Shown in pieces: positions 54,251 to 64,000 of a stretch of 64,000 nucleotides of DNA; position 1 is the first letter of the stretch, and each line of letters starts with the position of its first letter. The DNA comes from Auanema rhodensis. Taxonomy: Eukaryota > Animalia > Nematoda. Location of the stretch: assembly GCA_964057225.1 (NCBI GenBank), contig OZ059899.1:19282001-19346000 (forward strand), read 5' to 3'. Both the position numbers and the translations under genes were made by a program. The notes under the pieces are model-generated. The model did not search any database. It saw only the letters and a list, made by a program, of their open reading frames with translations, and was not told the origin of the DNA.

Positions 54251-57200
54251 TAACCATGACTTTGAAATTTACGTGAACTTTAATTTATGCTAATTAAACG
54301 TACACGTGGTGTGCACTTGGTATGTAACTCGCTTCACGTGTAAGATAAAGAGATGCGGTTTTCGAAATTAGATTCCCCATGTCCATATTAGTCTAAAAAC
54401 AAATTTTTATTGATATTGGTGCATGGTAACCATGACTTTGAAATTTACGTGAACTTTAATTTATGCTAATTAAATGTACACGTGGTGTGCACTCGGTATG
54501 TAACTCGCTTCACGTGAAAGATAAAGAGATGCGGTTTTTAAAATTAGATTCCCCATGTCCATATTAGTCTAAAAACAAATTTTTATTGATATTGGTGCAT
54601 GGTAACCATGACTTTGAAATTTACGTGAACTTTAATTTATGCTAATTAAATGTACACGTGGTGTGCACTCGGTATGTAACTCGCTTCACGTGAAAGATAA
54701 AGAGATGCAGTTATCAAAATTAGATTCCCCATGTCCATATTAGTCTAAAAACAAATTTTTATTGATATTGGTGCATGGTAACCATGACTTTGAAATTTAC
54801 GTGAACTTTAATTTATGCTAATTAAACGTACACGTGTTGTGCACTCGGTATGTAACTCGCTTCACGTGGAAGATAAAGAGATGCGGTTTTCAAAATTAGA
54901 TTCCTCATGTCCATATTAGTCTAAAAACAATTTTTTACTGATATTGGTGCATGGTAACCATGATTTTGAAATTTACGTGAACTTTAATTTATGCTAATTA
55001 AACGTACACGTGATGTGCACTTGGTATGTAACTCGCTTCACGTGAAAGATAAAGAGATGCGGTTTTTAAAATTAGATTCCCCATGTCCATATTAGTCTAA
55101 AAACAATTTTTTACTGATATTGGTGCATGGTAACCATGATTTTGAAGTTTACGTGAACTTTAATTTATGCTAATTAAACGTACACGTGGTGTGCACTCGG
55201 TATGTAACTCGCTTCACGTGAAAGATAAAGAGATGCGGTTTTCAAAATTAGATTCCCCATGTCCATATTAGTCTAAAAACAAATTTTTATTGATATTGGT
55301 GCATGGTAACCATGACTTTGAAATTTACGTGAACTTTAATTTATGCTAATTAAACGTACACGTGGTGTGCACTCGGTATGTAACTCGCTTCACGTGAAAG
55401 ATAAAGAGATGCGGTTTTCAAAATTAGATTCCCCATGTCCATATTAGTCTAAAAACAAATTTGTTTTGATATTGGTGTATGGTAACCATGATTTTGAAAT
55501 TTACGTGAACTTTAATTTATGCTAATTAAATGTACACGTGGTGTGCACTCGGTATGTAACTCGCTTCACGTGAAAGATAAAGAGATGCGGTTTTCAAAAT
55601 TAGATTCCCCATGTCCATATTAGTCTAAAAACGAATTTTTATTGATATTGGTGCATGGTAACCATGACTTTGAATTTTACGTGAACTTTAATTTATGCTA
55701 ATTAAACGTACACGTGGTGTGCACTCGGTATGTAACTCGCTTCACGTGAAAGATAAAGAGATGCGGTTTTCAAAATTAGATTCCCCATGTCCATATTAGT
55801 CTAAAAACAAATTTTTATTGATATTGGTGCATGGTAACCATGACTTTGAAATTTACGTGAACTTTAATTTATGCTACATAAATCTACACGTGATGTGCAA
55901 TTGGTATGTAACTCGCTTCACGTGAAAGATAAAAAGATGCGGTTTTTAAAATTAGATTCCCCATGTCCATATTAGTCTAAAAACAATTTTTTACTGATAT
56001 TGGTGCATGGTAACCATGATTTTGAAAATTACGTGAACTTTAATTTATGCTAATTAAACGTACACGTGGTGTGCACTCGGTATGTAACTCGCTTCACGTG
56101 AAAGATAAAGAGATGCGGTTTTCAAAATTAGATTCCCCATGTCTATATTAGTCTAAAAACAAATTTTTTTTGATATTGGTGCATGGTAACCATGATTTTG
56201 AAAATTACGTGAACTTTAATTTATGCTAATTAAACGTACACGTGGTGTGCACTCGGTATGTAACTCGCTTCACGTGAAAGATAAAGAGATGCGGTTTTCA
56301 AAATTAGATTCCCCATTTCCATATTAGTCTAAAAACAAATTTTTATTGATATTGGTGCATGGTAACCATGACTTTGAAATTTACGTGAACTTTAATTTAT
56401 GCTAATTAAACGTACACGTGGTGTGCACTCGGTATGTAACTCGCTTCACGTGTAAGATAAAGAGATGCGGTTTTCAAAATTAGATTCCCCATGTCCATAT
56501 TAGTCTAAAAACAAATTTTTATTGATATTGGTGCATGGTAACCATGACTTTGAAATTTACGTGAACTTTAATTTATGCTAATTAAACGTACACGTGGTGT
56601 GCACTCGGTATGTAACTCGCTTCACGTGTAAGATAAAGAGATGCGGTTTTCGAAATTAGATTCCCCATGTCCATATTAGTCTAAAAACAAATTTTTATTG
56701 ATATTGGTGCATGGTAACCATGACTTTGAAATTTACGTGAACTTTAATTTATGCTAATTAAACGTACACGTGGTGTGCACTCGGTATGTAACTCGCTTCA
56801 CGTGTAAGATAAAGAGATGCGGTTTTCAAAATTAGATTCCCCATGTCCATATTAGTCTAAAAACAAATTTTTATTGATATTGGTGCATGGTAACCATGAC
56901 TTTGAAATTTACGTGAACTTTAATTTATGCTAATTAAACGTACACGTGGTGTGCACTCGGTATGTAACTCGCTTCACGTGTAAGATAAAGAGATGCGGTT
57001 TTCAAAATTAGATTCCCCATGTCCATATTAGTCTAAAAACAAATTTTTATTGATATTGGTGCATGGTAACCATGACTTTGAAATTTACGTGAACTTTAAT
57101 TTATGCTAATTAAACGTACACGTGGTGTGCACTCGGTATGTAACTCGCTTCACGTGTAAGATAAAGAGATGCGGTTTTCGAAATTAGATTCCCCATGTCC

Positions 57201-60200
57201 ATATTAGTCTAAAAACAAATTTTTATTGATATTGGTGCATGGTAACCATGATTTTGAAATTTACGTGAACTTTAATTCATGCTAATTAAATGTACACGTG
57301 GTGTGCACTCGGTATGTAACTCGCTTCACGTGAAAGATAAAGAGATGCGGTTTTTAAAATTAGATTCCCCATGTCCATATTAGTCTAAAAACAATTTTTT
57401 ACTGATATTGGTGCATGGTAACCATGATTTTGAAATTTACGTGAACTTTAATTTATGCTAATTAAACGTACACGTGGTGTGCACTCGGTATGTAACTCGC
57501 TTCACGTGAAAGATAAAGAGATGCGGTTCTCAAAATTAGATTCCCCATGTCCATATTAGTCTAAAAACAAATTTTTATTGATATTGGTGCATGGTAACCA
57601 TGACTTTGAAATTTACGTGAACTTTAATTTATGCTAATTAAACGTACACGTGGTGTGCACTCGGTATGTAACTCGCTTCACGTGAAAGATAAAGAGATGC
57701 GGTTTTCAAAATTAGATTCCCCATGTCCATATTAGTCTAAAAACAAATTTTTTTTGATATTGGTGCATGGTAACCATGATTTTGAAATTTACGTGAACTT
57801 TAATTTATGCTAATTAAATGTACACGTGGTGTGCACTTGGTATGTAACTCGCTTCACGTGAAAGATAAAGAGATGCGGTTTTCAAAATTAGATTCCCCAT
57901 GTCCATATTAGTCTAAAAACAAATTTTCATTGATATTGGTGCATGGTAACCATGATTTTGAAATTTACGTGAACTTTAATTTATGCTAATTAAACGTACA
58001 CGTGGTGTGCACTCGGTATGTAACTCGCTTCACGTGAAAGATAAAGAGATGCGGTTTTCAAAATTAGATTCCCCATGTCCATATTAGTCTAAAAACAAAT
58101 TTTTATTGATATTGGTGCATGGTAACCATGACTTTGAAATTTACGTGAACTTTAATTTATGCTAATTAAACGTACACGTGGTGTGCACTCGGTATGTAAC
58201 TCGCTTCACGTGTAAGATAAAGAGATGCGGTTTTCGAAATTAGATTCCCCATGTCCATATTAGTCTAAAAACAAATTTTTATTGATATTGGTGCATGGTA
58301 ACCATGACTTTGAAATTTACGTGAACTTTAATTTATGCTAATTAAATGTACACGTGGTGTGCACTCGGTATGTAACTCGCTTCACGTGAAAGATAAAGAG
58401 ATGCGGTTTTTAAAATTAGATTCCCCATGTCCATATTAGTCTAAAAACAAATTTTTATTGATATTGGTGCATGGTAACCATGACTTTGAAATTTACGTGA
58501 ACTTTAATTTATGCTAATTAAATGTACACGTGGTGTGCACTCGGTATGTAACTCGCTTCACGTGAAAGATAAAGAGATGCAGTTATCAAAATTAGATTCC
58601 CCATGTCCATATTAGTCTAAAAACAAATTTTTATTGATATTGGTGCATGGTAACCATGACTTTGAAATTTACGTGAACTTTAATTTATGCTAATTAAACG
58701 TACACGTGTTGTGCACTCGGTATGTAACTCGCTTCACGTGGAAGATAAAGAGATGCGGTTTTCAAAATTAGATTCCTCATGTCCATATTAGTCTAAAAAC
58801 AATTTTTTACTGATATTGGTGCATGGTAACCATGATTTTGAAATTTACGTGAACTTTAATTTATGCTAATTAAACGTACACGTGATGTGCACTTGGTATG
58901 TAACTCGCTTCACGTGAAAGATAAAGAGATGCGGTTTTTAAAATTAGATTCCCCATGTCCATATTAGTCTAAAAACAATTTTTTACTGATATTGGTGCAT
59001 GGTAACCATGATTTTGAAGTTTACGTGAACTTTAATTTATGCTAATTAAACGTACACGTGGTGTGCACTCGGTATGTAACTCGCTTCACGTGAAAGATAA
59101 AGAGATGCGGTTTTCAAAATTAGATTCCCCATGTCCATATTAGTCTAAAAACAAATTTTTATTGATATTGGTGCATGGTAACCATGACTTTGAAATTTAC
59201 GTGAACTTTAATTTATGCTAATTAAACGTACACGTGGTGTGCACTCGGTATGTAACTCGCTTCACGTGAAAGATAAAGAGATGCGGTTTTCAAAATTAGA
59301 TTCCCCATGTCCATATTAGTCTAAAAACAAATTTGTTTTGATATTGGTGTATGGTAACCATGATTTTGAAATTTACGTGAACTTTAATTTATGCTAATTA
59401 AATGTACACGTGGTGTGCACTCGGTATGTAACTCGCTTCACGTGAAAGATAAAGAGATGCGGTTTTCAAAATTAGATTCCCCATGTCCATATTAGTCTAA
59501 AAACAAATTTTTATTGATATTGGTGCATGGTAACCATGACTTTGAATTTTACGTGAACTTTAATTTATGCTAATTAAACGTACACGTGGTGTGCACTCGG
59601 TATGTAACTCGCTTCACGTGAAAGATAAAGAGATGCGGTTTTCAAAATTAGATTCCCCATGTCCATATTAGTCTAAAAACAAATTTTTATTGATATTGGT
59701 GCATGGTAACCATGACTTTGAAATTTACGTGAACTTTAATTTATGCTACATAAATCTACACGTGATGTGCAATTGGTATGTAACTCGCTTCACGTGAAAG
59801 ATAAAAAGATGCGGTTTTTAAAATTAGATTCCCCATGTCCATATTAGTCTAAAAACAATTTTTTACTGATATTGGTGCATGGTAACCATGACTTTGAAAT
59901 TTACGTGAACTTTAATTTATGCTAATTAAACGTACACGTGGTGTGCACTCGGTATGTAACTCGCTTCACGTGTAAGATAAAGAGATGCGGTTTTCAAAAT
60001 TAGATTCCCCATGTCCATATTAGTCTAAAAACAAATTTTTATTGATATTGGTGCATGGTAACCATGACTTTGAATTTTACGTGAACTTTAATTTATGCTA
60101 ATTAAACGTACACGTGGTGTGCACACGGTATGTAACTCGCTTCACGTGAAAGATAAAGAGATGCGGTTTTCAAAATTAGATTCCCCATGTCCATATTAGT

Positions 60201-61600
60201 CTAAAAACAAATTTTTATTGATATTGGTGCATGGTAACCATGACTTTGAAATTTACGTGAACTTTAATTTATGCTAATTAAACGTACACGTGGTGTGCAC
60301 TCGGTATGTAACTCGCTTCACGTGTAAGATAAAGAGATGCGGTTTTCAAAATTAGATTCCCCATGTCCATATTAGTCTAAAAACAAATTTTTATTGATAT
60401 TGGTGCATGGTAACCATGACTTTGAAATTTACGTGAACTTTAATTTATGCTAATTAAACGTACACGTGGTGTGCACTCGGTATGTAACTCGCTTCACGTG
60501 TAAGATAAAGAGATGCGGTTTTCGAAATTAGATTCCCCATGTCCATATTAGTCTAAAAACAAATTTTTATTGATATTGGTGCATGGTAACCATGACTTTG
60601 AAATTTACGTGAACTTTAATTTATGCTAATTAAACGTACACGTGGTGTGCACTCGGTATGTAACTCGCTTCACGTGTAAGATAAAGAGATGCGGTTTTCA
60701 AAATTAGATTCCCCATGTCCATATTAGTCTAAAAACAAATTTTTATTGATATTGGTGCATGGTAACCATGACTTTGAAATTTACGTGAACTTTAATTTAT
60801 GCTAATTAAACGTACACGTGGTGTGCACTCGGTATGTAACTCGCTTCAAGTGTAAGATAAAGAGATGCGGTTTTCAAAATTAGATTCCCCATGTCCATAT
60901 TAGTCTAAAAACAAATTTTTATTGATATTGGTGCATGGTAACCATGACTTTGAAATTTACGTGAACTTTAATTTATGCTAATTAAACGTACACGTGGTGT
61001 GCACTCGGTATGTAACTCGCTTCACGTGTAAGATAAAGAGATGCGGTTTTCGAAATTAGATTCCCCATGTCCATATTAGTCTAAAAACAAATTTTTATTG
61101 ATATTGGTGCATGGTAACCATGATTTTGAAATTTACGTGAACTTTAATTCATGCTAATTAAATGTACACGTGGTGTGCACTCGGTATGTAACTCGCTTCA
61201 CGTGAAAGATAAAGAGATGCGGTTTTTAAAATTAGATTCCCCATGTCCATATTAGTCTAAAAACAATTTTTTACTGATATTGGTGCATGGTAACCATGAT
61301 TTTGAAATTTACGTGAACTTTAATTTATGCTAATTAAACGTACACGTGGTGTGCACTCGGTATGTAACTCGCTTCACGTGAAAGATAAAGAGATGCGGTT
61401 CTCAAAATTAGATTCCCCATGTCCATATTAGTCTAAAAACAAATTTTTATTGATATTGGTGCATGGTAACCATGACTTTGAAATTTACGTGAACTTTAAT
61501 TTATGCTAATTAAACGTACACGTGGTGTGCACTCGGTATGTAACTCGCTTCACGTGAAAGATAAAGAGATGCGGTTTTCAAAATTAGATTCCCCATGTCC
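54205..61600. repeat. Higher-order duplication, 22-monomer (3872 bp) offset
   Basis: TTGAAGTTT 55147/59019, TTTGTTTTG 55463/59335, and runs of five A137T monomers starting at 56453/60325. Confidence 0.87.
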
Positions 61601-64000
61601 ATATTAGTCTAAAAACAATTTTTTACTGATATTGGTGCATGGTAACCATGATTTTGAAATTTACGTGAACTTTAATTTATGCTAATTAAACGTACACGTG
61701 GTGTGCACTCGGTATGTAACTCGCTTCACGTGAAAGATAAAGAGATGCGGTTCTCAAAATTAGATTCCCCATGTCCATATTAGTCTAAAAACAAATTTTC
61801 ATTGATATTGGTGCATGGTAACCATGATTTTGAAATTTACGTGAACTTTAATTTATGCTAATTAAACGTACACGTGGTGTGCACTCGGTATGTAACTCGC
61901 TTCACGTGTAAGATAAAGAGATGCGGTTCTCGAAATTAGATTCCCCATGTCCATATTAGTCTAAAAACAAATTTTTATTGATATTGGTGCATGGTAACCA
62001 TGATTTTGAAATTTACGTGAACTTTAATTCATGCTAATTAAATGTACACGTGGTGTGCACTCGGTATGTAACTCGCTTCACGTGAAAGATAAAGAGATGC
62101 GGTTCTCGAAATTAGATTCCCCATGTCCATATTAGTCTAAAAACAAATTTTTATTGATATTGGTGCATGGTAACCATGATTTTGAAATTTACGTGAACTT
62201 TAATTTATGCTAATTAAACGTAAACGTGATGTGCACTTGGTATGTAACTCGCTTCACGTGAAAGATAAAGAGATGCGGTTTTTAAAATTAGATTCCCCAT
62301 GTCCATATTAGTCTAAAAACAATTTTTTACTGATATTGGTGCATGGTAACCATGATTTTGAAATTTACGTGAACTTTAATTTATGCTAATTAAACGTACA
62401 CGTGGTGTGCACTCGGTATGTAACTCGCTTCACGTGAAAGATAAAGAGATGCGGTTCTCAAAATTAGATTCCCCATGTCCATATTAGTCTAAAAACAAAT
62501 TTTTTTTGATATTGGTGCATGGTAACCATGACTTTGAAATTTACGTGAACTTTAATTTATGCTAATTAAACGTACACGTGGTGTGCACTCGGTATGTAAC
62601 TCGCTTCACGTGTAAGATAAAGAGATGCGGTTTTCAAAATTAGATTCCCCATGTCCATATTAGTCTAAAAACAAATTTTTATTGATATTGGTGCATGGTA
62701 ACCATGACTTTGAATTTTACGTGAACTTTAATTTATGCTAATTAAACGTACACGTGGTGTGCACACGGTATGTAACTCGCTTCACGTGAAAGATAAAGAG
62801 ATGCGGTTTTCAAAATTAGATTCCCCATGTCCATATTAGTCTAAAAACAAATTTTTATTGATATTGGTGCATGGTAACCATGACTTTGAAATTTACGTGA
62901 ACTTTAATTTATGCTAATTAAACGTACACGTGGTGTGCACTCGGTATGTAACTCGCTTCACGTGTAAGATAAAGAGATGCGGTTTTCAAAATTAGATTCC
63001 CCATGTCCATATTAGTCTAAAAACAAATTTTTATTGATATTGGTGCATGGTAACCATGACTTTGAAATTTACGTGAACTTTAATTTATGCTAATTAAACG
63101 TACACGTGGTGTGCACTCGGTATGTAACTCGCTTCACGTGTAAGATAAAGAGATGCGGTTTTCGAAATTAGATTCCCCATGTCCATATTAGTCTAAAAAC
63201 AAATTTTTATTGATATTGGTGCATGGTAACCATGACTTTGAAATTTACGTGAACTTTAATTTATGCTAATTAAACGTACACGTGGTGTGCACTCGGTATG
63301 TAACTCGCTTCACGTGTAAGATAAAGAGATGCGGTTTTCAAAATTAGATTCCCCATGTCCATATTAGTCTAAAAACAAATTTTTATTGATATTGGTGCAT
63401 GGTAACCATGACTTTGAAATTTACGTGAACTTTAATTTATGCTAATTAAACGTACACGTGGTGTGCACTCGGTATGTAACTCGCTTCACGTGTAAGATAA
63501 AGAGATGCGGTTTTCAAAATTAGATTCCCCATGTCCATATTAGTCTAAAAACAAATTTTTATTGATATTGGTGCATGGTAACCATGACTTTGAAATTTAC
63601 GTGAACTTTAATTTATGCTAATTAAACGTACACGTGGTGTGCACTCGGTATGTAACTCGCTTCACGTGTAAGATAAAGAGATGCGGTTTTCGAAATTAGA
63701 TTCCCCATGTCCATATTAGTCTAAAAACAAATTTTTATTGATATTGGTGCATGGTAACCATGATTTTGAAATTTACGTGAACTTTAATTCATGCTAATTA
63801 AATGTACACGTGGTGTGCACTCGGTATGTAACTCGCTTCACGTGAAAGATAAAGAGATGCGGTTTTTAAAATTAGATTCCCCATGTCCATATTAGTCTAA
63901 AAACAATTTTTTACTGATATTGGTGCATGGTAACCATGATTTTGAAATTTACGTGAACTTTAATTTATGCTAATTAAACGTACACGTGGTGTGCACTCGG
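59890..64000. repeat. Duplication, 15-monomer (2640 bp) offset
   Basis: GTGCACACGG at 60125/62765. Lines 59941-61360 match 62581-64000 apart from CAAGTG at 60849. Confidence 0.9.

Larger units (their letters stand above)
1..64000. repeat. Tandem satellite DNA array, 176-bp monomer, about 363.7 copies (centromeric/pericentromeric-type satellite, family unidentified)
   Basis: GTCCATATTAGTCT recurs at 1, 177, 353 ... 2641 (15x176 later) and 5281. The last monomer starts at 63885 = 1 + 363x176 - 4, matching the four 1-bp deletions. Consensus: gtccatattagtctaaaaacaaatttttattgatattggtgcatggtaaccatgactttgaaatttacgtgaactttaatttatgctaattaaacgtacacgtggtgtgcactcggtatgtaactcgcttcacgtgaaagataaagagatgcggttttcaaaattagattccccat. 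The array runs off both ends of the window. The centromeric role is inferred only. Confidence 0.99.

Noticed and set aside
1-64000. CRISPR array
   Set aside because: There are no unique spacers; the entire 176 bp repeats, and no leader or cas genes are present.
1-64000. Repetitive protein-coding ORF
   Set aside because: 176 is not a multiple of 3, and TAA/TAG/TGA codons are frequent on both strands, so only very short ORFs are possible.
1-64000. Embedded transposon, telomeric repeat, inversion or unique island
   Set aside because: The 176-bp register is conserved end to end, with a net shift of -4 bp fully explained by the four deletions, and I saw no non-satellite or reversed sequence.

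Overview
The whole 64 kb window is one uninterrupted, head-to-tail, single-orientation satellite DNA array built from a 176-bp AT-rich monomer (about 34% GC by hand count). It holds 363 full monomers plus a 116-bp partial copy starting at 63885. Monomers differ from the consensus by only a few substitutions, and only four 1-bp deletions shift the register. I see no genes, RNA genes, transposon insertions, inversions or CRISPR spacers. The monomer size and organisation are typical of a eukaryotic centromeric or pericentromeric satellite, but I cannot assign the family or organism. The information lies in the variant pattern: a degenerate ~7-monomer cycle overlaid by local block duplications (offsets of 3, 5, 7, 10, 12, 15, 16, 22, 23, 24, 37, 62 and 95 monomers), a haplotype turnover around 41-47 kb, and one likely conversion tract. 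The monomer is dense in dyad symmetries and has three phased ACGTG cores whose CpGs appear protected from C>T change. Variant names such as C95T use monomer coordinates, which equal window positions 1-176. All offsets were worked out by hand from marker SNPs, so block boundaries are approximate. I found no evidence of a novel protein-coding system.
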